Shown: positions 1 to 9,142 of the stretch, piece by piece
Layout of the letters: each line of letters begins with the position of its first letter
How positions within the stretch are numbered: the first letter of the stretch is position 1
IMG/VR virus record: IMGVR_UViG_3300020048_000052
Location: 1-64,000 of that record
DNA length: 64,000 nt
Strand: one strand, 5' to 3'
Source: a virus
Program-made: the position numbers and the translations under genes
Notes under the pieces: model-generated
The model's input: the letters and a program-made list of their open reading frames with translations, nothing else
Told to the model about the DNA's origin: nothing
Database searches by the model: none

Positions 1-463
1 AGAACTTAAAATCCTCTTCATATCTATCATTATCGCCATGCTTGCCTTTTCTATTCATGCTCAAATCTGCCGGTATATCGATAAGAATTTCCACGCCTGG
101 CTTTATTAAACAGCTCTGTAACATCTGAACGAAAATTTTATTAAGACCTTTTGATATAGCATAAACTTCTTGACTTAAAATATATCTGTCCAAAACTAAA
201 AAGTCAACACCATCATGATTTAATTGCTTAAACCATTGTTGTTGAGCCTGTTTGTCTGCCGCCATAATAAATTCAATTGTTTGGTCGTCAACATCATATT
301 TCTTGTATAACCATTCCTGTATGAGCTTGCCAGTTGGTGTATCATACCTATGAAATTCAGATTTGACTACATTCTTACCAGCTTTTCTAAGCTTTTCTAC
401 TAAAACATTTGTCTGAGTAGCTTTACCACATTTGTCAATTCCCTCGAATGCAATAATTTCCAT
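1..463 (-). CDS. tmk: Thymidylate (dTMP) kinase, runs off window start (not in ORF track)
   Basis: Manual translation from ATG at 463: MEIIAFEGIDKCGKATQ (P-loop) ... LVLDRYILSQ (DR motif) ... DRYEED. Confidence 0.85.
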   Translation of the reverse strand, partial: MEIIAFEGIDKCGKATQTNVLVEKLRKAGKNVVKSEFHRYDTPTGKLIQEWLYKKYDVDDQTIEFIMAADKQAQQQWFKQLNHDGVDFLVLDRYILSQEVYAISKGLNKIFVQMLQSCLIKPGVEILIDIPADLSMNRKGKHGDNDRYEEDFKF

Positions 464-467
464 CAAA

Positions 468-689
468 TTAAACACCTTCCTTATCTAATTTATAGTTCCC
501 ATCATAACGAGGATATAATGGAGTTAAATGTGAAGAGTCCATTTTTTGTATTCTGTCTGTGGAACTTGCAATAATGCATTCTTCACGTTTAACTCCATAA
601 AGACATATAAGTTGATGAGCACTTATATGATGTATTTGGTTGTCGTTTTTACTCATCATACTACCGGGATATACAATATACTTAATCAT
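468..689 (-). CDS. Hypothetical protein (73 aa)
   Basis: ORF with GGTG RBS, tightly packed between neighbours. Confidence 0.65.
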   Translation of the reverse strand: MIKYIVYPGSMMSKNDNQIHHISAHQLICLYGVKREECIIASSTDRIQKMDSSHLTPLYPRYDGNYKLDKEGV

Positions 690-699
690 TTTGCACCAC

Positions 700-1218
700 C
701 TATAACGGCTTTAAATGTTCAAGGTTTATTTCCAAAGACCTTTCGACAACTCCGAACATTTCTACATAAACTCTAGCCTTATATTTGTTTTTGATAATAG
801 ATTTGCATGTACCAACAAAATTTGCAAAAGGTCCACCAATAATCATAACTCTCTTATTTATTAAAGAACTATAATCTACAACGCTTTGCTTATCTTCAAG
901 ATTTTTTATATGCTCAACTTCATAATCTTTTATTGCCACAGGTCTAGAACCTTCTTTTAAAAACGAGATAACTGGAGTAGACCTTAAAATTTCTTTCCAT
1001 ATTAGAGAATCTTCTTCAAATTCGAATAATACATAATTTTCAAACATAGGATAGGTGATGATTTCTTTTTTTCCATCTTTTACTACTACTTTAGAAAGCA
1101 TCGGATACCACATCTTAACATCTGCAAATTCTTCGTGTTTATGAAACGAATTAATCAATTGATTAAGATACCCTTTATAAAAATAGCCAACATACCATTT
1201 TTTAGACACAATCATCAC
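700..1218 (-). CDS. nusG: NusG-family transcription antitermination factor (NGN + KOW)
   Basis: KKWYV N-terminus, PMFENYVLFEF (NGN), STPVISFL, and KOW motif RVMIIGGPFANFVG...VYVEMFG. Confidence 0.85.
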   Translation of the reverse strand: MMIVSKKWYVGYFYKGYLNQLINSFHKHEEFADVKMWYPMLSKVVVKDGKKEIITYPMFENYVLFEFEEDSLIWKEILRSTPVISFLKEGSRPVAIKDYEVEHIKNLEDKQSVVDYSSLINKRVMIIGGPFANFVGTCKSIIKNKYKARVYVEMFGVVERSLEINLEHLKPL

Positions 1219-1225
1219 CTCCTAA

Positions 1226-1888
1226 TTATTTGTAAAATGGTCGATTCAAAAGAGGAATTGGATAAGCCTTCGTAATTTCATTAAAAGTCTCTAATTGTTT
1301 TTTATTTAAACTACCAATATAGTCTTTATTCTTATGTAAAAAGAGCTCACTGGTAAGCATTGACCCTATCCAAAAAGCATCTGCTAAGTCTTCACCGTTC
1401 TTACCAAACTGACCAACATCGAAACCAGTCTTATATGCAGCCAGAACCATTTCAGATTTTTCTGCCGAACCGCTGCCTGTTGCAAATTTCTTTACCTTAG
1501 ATGGTTCATAATCTCTAAACGGTATTCCGGAACGGTAAAGTTGAAGTCTTACCATTTCGCCAACTCCACCTATCTGAAATACCGAATTTGATTTTGCTCC
1601 AAAAGCATAGTCTTCAACTGCTGCATAGTCAAATTTATGTTTTTTAGTCAGATTGATTAAGAATTCGAAAATATTATTAAGGCGCTTTGTTTCTGTGTCC
1701 CTATTTAATATTGCATGTTCGTTTTTACTATTCTTAATAACTCCTGTAAAAAACCAAAAATCTAGTACTTTGAAGTTTTGCATTTTGACGAATGCAGTAC
1801 CATTTAAACTAGGGTCTATACCTAATATAATAGCCGATTCTGGTGAGACTTTTTCAATTGCACTAACCTTCTTTAATACTTTTTGCAC
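1226..1888 (-). CDS. ruvC: RuvC-like Holliday junction resolvase
   Basis: ILGIDPS, AVEDY, PSKVKKFATGSGSAEK, DLADA catalytic pattern. Confidence 0.85.
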   Translation of the reverse strand: MQKVLKKVSAIEKVSPESAIILGIDPSLNGTAFVKMQNFKVLDFWFFTGVIKNSKNEHAILNRDTETKRLNNIFEFLINLTKKHKFDYAAVEDYAFGAKSNSVFQIGGVGEMVRLQLYRSGIPFRDYEPSKVKKFATGSGSAEKSEMVLAAYKTGFDVGQFGKNGEDLADAFWIGSMLTSELFLHKNKDYIGSLNKKQLETFNEITKAYPIPLLNRPFYK

Positions 1889-1901
1889 TTGGCATCACCC
1901 C

Positions 1902-2261
1902 CTACTTAAAATATTTTATCCTAATCTTTAATTTCTTAGTTTTTGCTAAATCAATCATATGTTTAGTCCCTTTAGATTTTCCATCCCAAAAAGCTACTAA
2001 AGCATCTGAATAATTAGCCATTTCTGCGTTCCTTCTATATCCAGCAGACTTTCCGTAATTATCCCAGTCAGCCGGAAACATAGAAACTTTTATTCCGCGA
2101 TTTTCAGCATATTTAGAACCCAATTTATCTGCGCCTCTTGCACAACCGCAAACAATTTCTAATTCAGATTTGTCTATATCTTTAAAAACATAATCTAAAT
2201 ATTTTTCTAATCCTTCATAATCTGAAAAATCTCTACAACCTGCAACTATAACTTTAAACAT
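1902..2261 (-). CDS. SLOG-superfamily protein (YspA/DUF2493-like)
   Basis: KVIVAGCRDF, GCARGAD, ADWDNYGKSAGYRRN, AFWDGKSKGT. Confidence 0.85.
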   Translation of the reverse strand: MFKVIVAGCRDFSDYEGLEKYLDYVFKDIDKSELEIVCGCARGADKLGSKYAENRGIKVSMFPADWDNYGKSAGYRRNAEMANYSDALVAFWDGKSKGTKHMIDLAKTKKLKIRIKYFK

Positions 2262-2558
2262 CTTAATCCCACCCGAATGTAGAATATTTATTTTTCTCCA
2301 TCCATTAATCTACATATTTCATCAAATTCTCCAGTCTCCCTAGACTTTAAATGAACTGGGCAATTGCTACAATCTAACCCGCCCCATTTAGCCCTATATT
2401 GCTGTCTATGAAGCATACCTCTAATATTAAACTTACCGTCTATTTCTGTCTTACAACATTCAGAACAAGTTTTAACTAAACAATTTCTTTTATCGTCATG
2501 TACGACTATAGAATAATTATACTTCATCTTAATCCCACCCGAATGTAGAATATTTATT
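2259..2558. repeat. Perfect 34-bp direct repeat (2259-2292 and 2525-2558) flanking a 79-aa ORF
   Basis: CATCTTAATCCCACCCGAATGTAGAATATTTATT read at both positions. Confidence 0.95.
2288..2527 (-). CDS. Hypothetical Cys-rich protein (79 aa)
   Basis: ORF with CSECC and CSNCPVH; its start codon lies inside the repeat. Confidence 0.65.
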   Translation of the reverse strand: MKYNYSIVVHDDKRNCLVKTCSECCKTEIDGKFNIRGMLHRQQYRAKWGGLDCSNCPVHLKSRETGEFDEICRLMDGEK

Positions 2559-4691
2559 ATGCTTTGTTACTTTAATGACATTCGGTAGCGAATCCCTTAT
2601 CTCTGGCTCATGTGATATAGCAAATATCTGGCTAAAGTCAAAATCATCTATTAATGTTTTTGCAAGTAATTTAAAAACATATTGCCTATTGACTTCATCC
2701 AACATCCCAAAAATTTCATCAAATACTATTAGTTTTAGATTTACTCCGATTCTTCTCTGTAATAATCTTACAAATGCCAACCGTATTGCCAATGAAATAA
2801 GTACCTTCCCGCCACCAGACTCAAGATTAAAATCTATTTCGTTTCCTCCGGTAGTGATAATGATATTTAATTCGTCCTTCTTTTTCTTTTGCCTTTCATT
2901 TCCGCATTCAGGACATTCAGTTTTTCTATAATTCTTAGGAAATGGAATACCACATACCAAACAATTTGGTTCCCAAGAATCTAATTCCCTATCTGGAGTA
3001 AATTCTATTGAAATATCAGAACCGATACTCTCTAATATTAAATTAGCTTCTTCCTCAATTTCGCCAAATGCAGATTCAATCTGGTTAGAAGGTATACCGT
3101 TTTTTCCAAACATATAAGCAACATATTTATGTAAACTATGCTTTTTAGTTAAACCTTCTATTTGTTTTGCTGCCTCAGCAGCTTTCTGTCTCTTTTGCTT
3201 TATTTGTTGCAGCTCTGCTTGTTGTAGTGCCACATTATTTATTATATCACTAAGAATTTTTTTATTATCAGCTATTTGCGCATTTGTTGCATTTTTTTGC
3301 GCCTGCAAATCGTCAGTATCGATTGACTCAAGAGACTCTAATTGTTTCTCTTTCTGTTTTAATAATGCCTTTTGTTCTATTAATAAAGATTTTTTAGACT
3401 TTATTTTTTCATTAAGAGATTTTATTTTTTCATCAATTTCAGATACAGTTTGTTCCTTTTTAAGTCTTTTGAGTTCGTTTAAATTTTCAACATGTACAGC
3501 ACTTTCTTCTTCCAACGATTCAATCTTATCAGAAATAACTTTTAATTCTGCATCTAATTCAGTTATCTCTTTCTGCTTTATCGTACCTTCTTTTCTTAAA
3601 TCAGCTTTTGAAGTCTCAATTGTTTCCAGTGATGTGCATTCATTTCCTGTAACAGGGCAAATTGCATCGAATTCCTTTAGTGACTCAAACTGCTTCTTAA
3701 GCCTATTAAATTCTGCCTTAAGGTCTGATAGTTTAGATTGTGTAGTTTTAAAAGATTTTTTTAATTCTAAAATCTTTTCTTTTAAAGTAGCAATTGCTTT
3801 ATTATAGTCTTCATCACTCTTATGCTGTTTTATCTTTTTTTCAGTTTCAATTGCTACAACTTTCTTTTCATCAAACTCTTTAATATCAGATTCATAATCT
3901 ACAATATCCTCTTCAGCCTGCTGAATTGCTTGTTTAATCTGTTTAATAGATTTAGAAACATCAGCCTTTTCGCCGGCCTTTTTTAATTGGTTATTAAAAC
4001 CTTCCAGAGCCTTATTAAGGGCCTCTAATTGCGTCTCTATTTGGTTTTTTTGGTTATTTAATATGTTAATACGTTCGCGAATTTGATTATCTCTATCAGG
4101 GTCTGGATTATCGTCTACCACCAATTGCAACTTATCGATTTGAGACTGAATTTCTGAAGCCCTGTTTTTAGCCTCTTCCTCAAACTGTTTCCAATATCCT
4201 TTTTCAAGCCAGCGCCTGATAATTTGGCTTTGACCAGTAGGTCCTGCATCCATAAAAGTATGAATATCGCCTTGCAAGAAAAACGAAGTCATTATAAAGT
4301 CTTCATAACTTAAGCCAATATAATTATCAATCTCTTCCTGAACAACTTTTTTATCGGCGCCTTCATGCCCTGTCATTTCAAGAATAATCTGATTATCGCT
4401 TGTTCTGCCTCTCCTTATAATCATACCGTCATCAAATTCTAATTCACAAATCATATCCTCTTCTGGATAGTTTTTATTGATTAGAAATATTTCCTTTTTA
4501 GCACGGGTCTTACCGTACAATACATACGATATAATTTCTACAAAAGAAGATTTACCGGAACGATTGGAGCGTTTTGGTTCATTTGCCCATTCACCGACAA
4601 TGCTTATAATTTTCTGTTCTTCGCCGAATGTTATTTCACTCCAATCTCCAAAATGAAGGAAATATTGACATCCAATTCTTCTTAAGTCCAT
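2529..4691 (-). CDS. sbcC: SbcC/Rad50-like SMC ATPase
   Basis: Walker A SNRSGKSS, long coiled coil with CPVTG hook, ESGGGK signature, VFDEIFGMLD Walker B/D-loop, ISH. Confidence 0.92.
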   Translation of the reverse strand: MDLRRIGCQYFLHFGDWSEITFGEEQKIISIVGEWANEPKRSNRSGKSSFVEIISYVLYGKTRAKKEIFLINKNYPEEDMICELEFDDGMIIRRGRTSDNQIILEMTGHEGADKKVVQEEIDNYIGLSYEDFIMTSFFLQGDIHTFMDAGPTGQSQIIRRWLEKGYWKQFEEEAKNRASEIQSQIDKLQLVVDDNPDPDRDNQIRERINILNNQKNQIETQLEALNKALEGFNNQLKKAGEKADVSKSIKQIKQAIQQAEEDIVDYESDIKEFDEKKVVAIETEKKIKQHKSDEDYNKAIATLKEKILELKKSFKTTQSKLSDLKAEFNRLKKQFESLKEFDAICPVTGNECTSLETIETSKADLRKEGTIKQKEITELDAELKVISDKIESLEEESAVHVENLNELKRLKKEQTVSEIDEKIKSLNEKIKSKKSLLIEQKALLKQKEKQLESLESIDTDDLQAQKNATNAQIADNKKILSDIINNVALQQAELQQIKQKRQKAAEAAKQIEGLTKKHSLHKYVAYMFGKNGIPSNQIESAFGEIEEEANLILESIGSDISIEFTPDRELDSWEPNCLVCGIPFPKNYRKTECPECGNERQKKKKDELNIIITTGGNEIDFNLESGGGKVLISLAIRLAFVRLLQRRIGVNLKLIVFDEIFGMLDEVNRQYVFKLLAKTLIDDFDFSQIFAISHEPEIRDSLPNVIKVTKHNKYSTFGWD

Positions 4692-5173
4692 CAGATTGCA
4701 CCTACCTTTCTAATTATATTTTCTGCAATTTTTTGAACTTCGTCAGCATCCTTATGTTTCTTTTCTAAAAGCCAAACCTCTACGGCCCTAAGTGGTGATA
4801 TGTCTGCAGTTAGCTTTTTAATTCTTGCTCTGCGCTTTTTAAGAACTGACGGAACTATAGGTTTAACCACATATGCATGCTGACTTAAAAATTCAAACAA
4901 TTCTTTTACATTAATCTTAAATGCATCGTCTTGATTTACTTTTATATTAACTTTGACAATAGCATCTTTTATTTCATCAATGTCTATTTTAGGTATTTCA
5001 ACTCTGCAACCTGGGTATGTAAAGTCAAAATCATATTGAGTAAACTTCCTTGTTTCAATAGGTATTGCCTTCAACCCTGGTATTGAAGAAACATCTAAAA
5101 GCTCTTTAACTTTTTGTTGTTTAGCAATAACCTTCTTAACCTTTTTAATCGGTTTTTCAGCCATTATATTCAT
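4691..5173 (-). CDS. Probable detached C-terminal (capping / SbcC-binding) part of SbcD
   Basis: IPIETRKF...DAIVKVNI...RRARI...SPLRAVEVWL resembles the post-nuclease region of SbcD; lies between sbcD and sbcC. Confidence 0.55.
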   Translation of the reverse strand: MNIMAEKPIKKVKKVIAKQQKVKELLDVSSIPGLKAIPIETRKFTQYDFDFTYPGCRVEIPKIDIDEIKDAIVKVNIKVNQDDAFKINVKELFEFLSQHAYVVKPIVPSVLKKRRARIKKLTADISPLRAVEVWLLEKKHKDADEVQKIAENIIRKVGAI

Positions 5174-5348
5174 TCCTTTCTACTTTATAGTGGCGAGATT
5201 TTCTGCTATAAAGTCCAACATATCCCTCACAATCTATAAAATAATCATTTAAAACAAAATTTAGAACTATACCATAATACACCTTGTCTCTTCTTTTCTT
5301 ATCTTTAAATATTATCTTTACATTGTCGCCTATTTTTATTTCGCTCAT
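5157..5348 (-). CDS. Hypothetical protein (63 aa, possibly SH3-like)
   Basis: ORF overlapping both neighbours' start/stop codons. Confidence 0.55.
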   Translation of the reverse strand: MSEIKIGDNVKIIFKDKKRRDKVYYGIVLNFVLNDYFIDCEGYVGLYSRKSRHYKVERNEYNG

Positions 5349-6127
5349 ATTTCTACCTCTAAGTGAAAGAATGATTTAGTCTCAGTTCTTTCTCCAAAAT
5401 CGTTTATAGATACGCTCCCTGTTATTATAATCGGAGCACCTGCAAGATTTGGTATAATCTGAGGCTTATGATAATGACCGTTAAAAATATAGCTTATTTT
5501 CTTGCTTTTCTTTAAAACATCAGGGAAGTCTTCATGAGCACCTTTTATCATTATTTCTTCAGAACCAACCTTGGCACCAGAAATATCCATATGTCCCATA
5601 ACTATATTGCATTCATTTTCATCCAAATCTTCTTCAAGCAATTCAGACTTATGATTAATAAACTCTTGTGCAGTTTTATAACCTTCAGCCGCTGCCATAG
5701 ATTTTGATATATGAGGCAATGTAATTAAATTTAGACCCCGTCTAATTTCGCGATTAACAACATCATGGTAAATATTAAGGCAATCGAAATCAGCAGCTCT
5801 AATAGGCTCTAGCGCCGACGATTTACCTCGTTCGTCAATAACATCGTGGTTGCCGGCAATAACAAATGTCGGGATTTTCATAACATCTAAATGGCGATAT
5901 TGCGATATTGCAAAAGCAATAGATTCAGCGCGAGGTCTTACCCCATGAAATATATCGCCTGGTTCTAAATAATATACTTCGTTTCCATTTCGCTTTAAAT
6001 CTATTGCATAGTCTATTGACTGCTGTTTTGCTTTAAATATATCTGCATTTCTGTCAATACCTTCAGTCTTTAAGTCATAATGATTGTCGCCGCTAATTAT
6101 TAAATGAACTATTGCCAAATTACTCAC
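5345..6127 (-). CDS. sbcD: SbcD/Mre11-like metallophosphoesterase nuclease (nuclease domain only)
   Basis: GDNH, GDIFH, AGNHD, GHMD and GHYH motifs; adjacent to sbcC. Confidence 0.9.
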   Translation of the reverse strand: MSNLAIVHLIISGDNHYDLKTEGIDRNADIFKAKQQSIDYAIDLKRNGNEVYYLEPGDIFHGVRPRAESIAFAISQYRHLDVMKIPTFVIAGNHDVIDERGKSSALEPIRAADFDCLNIYHDVVNREIRRGLNLITLPHISKSMAAAEGYKTAQEFINHKSELLEEDLDENECNIVMGHMDISGAKVGSEEIMIKGAHEDFPDVLKKSKKISYIFNGHYHKPQIIPNLAGAPIIITGSVSINDFGERTETKSFFHLEVEI

Positions 6128-6821
6128 CTATCTTTCTTCCAAAACTATTTCCATCATGATAACCTTTCTTATAAGCATTACCATCATTGCTATTATTAAC
6201 AGGTGCGTTACGACCTTTCTTAAAACCTTTATCTTCAACTGCTTTAATAACAGCTTTATCTTGAACAAGCATTAATCCCCAACCGTTCTTGTCAACTTGC
6301 TCAGTAAATTTTGCATCAAGGCCTGCAATATAACCATTGATATAATCGTTCTTTATACCACTCTTATATGACTTATCTTGAAAGAAAAACGAACTACTAC
6401 ATTTGGCATCTGCATATTCTTTTGAAAATTTTTCAATTTCAAAACCGGCGTAGCTGAATACTTCACGCGCAACATCAACATCCTCCTTTAAACCTATCAT
6501 ACAAACACAATTTGCATTTTTAAAATTTTTAATATAAGACGTACATTTAAAGTTCTTTGCAACTACATAGGCCAATTGCTTAACCCACCATCTATTGCGC
6601 TTTCTTGGAGTAAATTCTTCATCGACTATATCTTTTACTTCATGCTTTTCCTCTGCATCTTTTATTTGGCTCAAATCGATTTTATGCTTAATCATCATAT
6701 CTTGAGCCTTTAGAAGGGCGGCTTGCCCTTCTTCATACGTTCCGGCTTTTTCAGACAATTTGAGTAATTGTCTTATCTTATTTGTCAAATTCTCATTTCT
6801 GTCAGATATGAAATGTGCCAT
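6120..6821 (-). CDS. DUF2786-like protein
   Basis: N-terminal KIRQLLKLS...EGQAALLKAQDMMIKH motif and C-terminal AYKKGYHDG. Confidence 0.75.
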   Translation of the reverse strand: MAHFISDRNENLTNKIRQLLKLSEKAGTYEEGQAALLKAQDMMIKHKIDLSQIKDAEEKHEVKDIVDEEFTPRKRNRWWVKQLAYVVAKNFKCTSYIKNFKNANCVCMIGLKEDVDVAREVFSYAGFEIEKFSKEYADAKCSSSFFFQDKSYKSGIKNDYINGYIAGLDAKFTEQVDKNGWGLMLVQDKAVIKAVEDKGFKKGRNAPVNNSNDGNAYKKGYHDGNSFGRKIGE

Positions 6822-7258
6822 TATTGCACCACCTTATCCGTACCAACAACTTTAAAATCAGACATCCATCTTTCTTTTGTTATTTCATGGAAACCTATAG
6901 TAGATTCTTCTGCCATACCTAAAGGAATCAATGGAACTTCTGCATTTGTTTCAGCCACAAAGCACTTGCCGTATGCAGTCATATGATGTGCTGCAAGAAT
7001 ATGAACCTTAAACCCGTCAGTATTTTCATAATATTTTCCAATCTCAAATCTAAAACCGTTATAAATTACAGCCATAGCAGAGACTTTCGAATTGTTTATT
7101 TTTGCAATATCTGCACAGATTGCTTGAAAATAAGTGCTTGCTTCAATCTTGTTTAGCAGAGTAGCCCTATCAATATTTACTGTTAGTAAATTCTTTTCCT
7201 CTTTGCAAAAATAACCAATGTCGGTTTTGATAATAATGTTTTTGACTAATTCTCCCAT
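6821..7258 (-). CDS. Hypothetical protein (145 aa)
   Basis: ORF with GAGGTG RBS downstream of a conserved promoter. Confidence 0.7.
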   Translation of the reverse strand: MGELVKNIIIKTDIGYFCKEEKNLLTVNIDRATLLNKIEASTYFQAICADIAKINNSKVSAMAVIYNGFRFEIGKYYENTDGFKVHILAAHHMTAYGKCFVAETNAEVPLIPLGMAEESTIGFHEITKERWMSDFKVVGTDKVVQ

Positions 7259-7293
7259 AAAATCACCTCATAATTTAATTTTGTCCTAATATA

Positions 7294-7322
7294 ATTATAT
7301 CAACAAAGTATTAAAAATTAAC
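7294..7322 (-). promoter_or_regulatory. Conserved phage promoter GTTAAT-N14-TGATATAAT
   Basis: Exact consensus match; one of 10 copies. Confidence 0.8.
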
Positions 7323-7325
7323 GCT

Positions 7326-7356
7326 AAAAAGCCCTGTTTATAACAAACAGGGCTTT
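7326..7356 (-). terminator. Intrinsic terminator after recA
   Basis: GCCCTGTTT/AAACAGGGC stem followed by a T-run on the minus strand. Confidence 0.8.
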
Positions 7357-7365
7357 AAAATAGTA

Positions 7366-8547
7366 TTAATCTTCGTCATCGTCATCATCTTTATCAGATT
7401 CAGACATTTTAATATTTCCTTCAAGAATCATTTGGTATGCCTTGTCCTTGATTTTTTCCAAAATCTTCGGATTTTCTCTAAGGAACATCCTTACCTTTCT
7501 TTCACCAACGAGATTCGATGTAAAAAATTCGCTTTCATACGAAGTAGTAGTTGCTTTTGAAATAATGCCCTGCATCATTGCTTCTTCCAAAGTCGCCCTT
7601 ACATCGTCAAATCCTAGCGGACATTCGCCAATACCATTCGAAGTATAGAACGAACCTTCTTGCATTGGATAACCAAGCTTATTCTTTTCAAGTTTAAATC
7701 TATGGCTCCTACCTGCAATGACTTCATCTGAACCAACTTTTTCTTTAATCTCACCGGAACGATTAACACGAATCCTAATTGATGCGTAGAACTGTAATGC
7801 TTCACCACCAAAAGACTTCCATTTTGGTTCCCATGGTTTTGCACCAACATTGACACGTTCTTGATTTATGAATATAACGGCAACATCAGTACCTCCAACT
7901 AAAGCATTCAGTGTTTGCAACCAGTCTGACATAAGTCTAGCAGTCAAACCATAATTAGCATCGCCTACCTTTGCTCCTTTGGCAAGCTTTGCTGCTGGAA
8001 CTGCAGAAGCAACTGAGTCAAATAGAATATACAGAAGCACATGTGCTGGAATCAAACCTTTTTGCTTCTTTTCATTAAAGTTAATAATCATTTCGTTTAT
8101 TTCTTGAGCACTGTCTTCCAAAGTCATAATTGACTTACCATCTTTACCTTGCTTTCTATAAAGACAATTTTCAAGATTTAAACCAAGTGCCTCAATCCAT
8201 TTCTTATCATTTGCTGCTCTTTCATGGTCCCACATTGCTGTAAGATGTCCAGCTCTTTGAGCTGAAGCAAGAATTTCAATTCCGAGCGCTGTTTTGCCGC
8301 CTCCGTTAGGGCCATGTAATTCGTATATACCGCCGGTAGGATAGCCACCGAAAATAGAAGCTCTGTTATAAGACAGCAGTCTTGCAGGTACAAATTTCAA
8401 TTCTTCTTTTTCATCAAAAGTCATACCGCCTTTAATGTCTCCTGCAATCATTTTAAGCATGTCTAATTGCTCATCATTATTTTTACTTGGAACTGCCTTT
8501 TTAACTGGTGCTTTCTGTTGTATCTTTTTCTTAATAGGGGGTGCCAT
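7366..8547 (-). CDS. recA: RecA/UvsX-family recombinase
   Basis: ELHGPNGGGKT Walker A, FDSVAS, IFINQER, GGEALQFYASIRI, EKNK. Confidence 0.95.
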   Translation of the reverse strand: MAPPIKKKIQQKAPVKKAVPSKNNDEQLDMLKMIAGDIKGGMTFDEKEELKFVPARLLSYNRASIFGGYPTGGIYELHGPNGGGKTALGIEILASAQRAGHLTAMWDHERAANDKKWIEALGLNLENCLYRKQGKDGKSIMTLEDSAQEINEMIINFNEKKQKGLIPAHVLLYILFDSVASAVPAAKLAKGAKVGDANYGLTARLMSDWLQTLNALVGGTDVAVIFINQERVNVGAKPWEPKWKSFGGEALQFYASIRIRVNRSGEIKEKVGSDEVIAGRSHRFKLEKNKLGYPMQEGSFYTSNGIGECPLGFDDVRATLEEAMMQGIISKATTTSYESEFFTSNLVGERKVRMFLRENPKILEKIKDKAYQMILEGNIKMSESDKDDDDDED

Positions 8548-8843
8548 TATTCTACCTCCCTTGCAATAGAAGCATTAGCCCAAAACACTGCTTCTTCAAG
8601 TTTTGTAATAGCTAAAGATTTTTCCCTACTTTCAGGGCAAAATTCATTAAACATTAAAGCCAATTCTTTAGCCTTATCCCTAACGTTTTGATAAATCTCC
8701 GGCTGACCCGGTTTTGGTGCATGATAACTAAATCTGGTTTCAATGTCATTAATTGATTGTTCTTTTTTAGTCATCTGTTTTGGCATTTCGCACCCTGGCT
8801 TTCCGCAAAACGGAGTTCTGACATTTGGATTACATTTGCACAT
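8547..8843 (-). CDS. Acb2/Tad1-hairpin-like protein, candidate anti-CBASS/Thoeris nucleotide sponge
   Basis: RFSYHAP...KAKELA...CPESREKSLAITKLEEAVFWANASIAR resembles the Tad1/Acb2 helical hairpin (SRE-x-A-x-T-x-EEA-x-W). Confidence 0.7.
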   Translation of the reverse strand: MCKCNPNVRTPFCGKPGCEMPKQMTKKEQSINDIETRFSYHAPKPGQPEIYQNVRDKAKELALMFNEFCPESREKSLAITKLEEAVFWANASIAREVE

Positions 8844-8856
8844 ATTCTAACCTCCC

Positions 8857-9030
8857 TTATTTTAATCCATTAAACCAACGAACTTGAGCTAATGGTATAT
8901 GACGAGTATCGCCGTCTTCGAGTTTAATCCAAAGAAGATAAGCACCGGCTCTTGCTTCTACAGCATCAAACTCTTCAATATACCCATCAAACCATCTTAC
9001 CTTTACTTTAAACGGTTCTTTACTTTTCAT
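8857..9030 (-). CDS. Small hypothetical protein (57 aa; not in ORF track)
   Basis: Manual translation MKSKEPFKVKVRWFDGYIEEF...VRWFNGLK with an AGGAGG RBS, directly downstream of a promoter copy. Confidence 0.7.
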   Translation of the reverse strand: MKSKEPFKVKVRWFDGYIEEFDAVEARAGAYLLWIKLEDGDTRHIPLAQVRWFNGLK

Positions 9031-9057
9031 ACTTAACCTCCTTACATTTATATTTAT

Positions 9058-9086
9058 ATTATATCATTATTTTGTCTCATATTAAC
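9058..9086 (-). promoter_or_regulatory. Conserved phage promoter GTTAAT-N14-TGATATAAT
   Basis: Exact consensus match. Confidence 0.8.
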
Positions 9087-9087
9087 G

Positions 9088-9116
9088 AAAAAAGAAGCCC
9101 CACGTTTGTGGGGCTT
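9088..9116 (-). terminator. Intrinsic terminator
   Basis: AAGCCCCAC/GTGGGGCTT stem plus T-run on the minus strand. Confidence 0.8.
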
Positions 9117-9142
9117 AATTGGGGGTGTGGGTCTGCAGTTTA

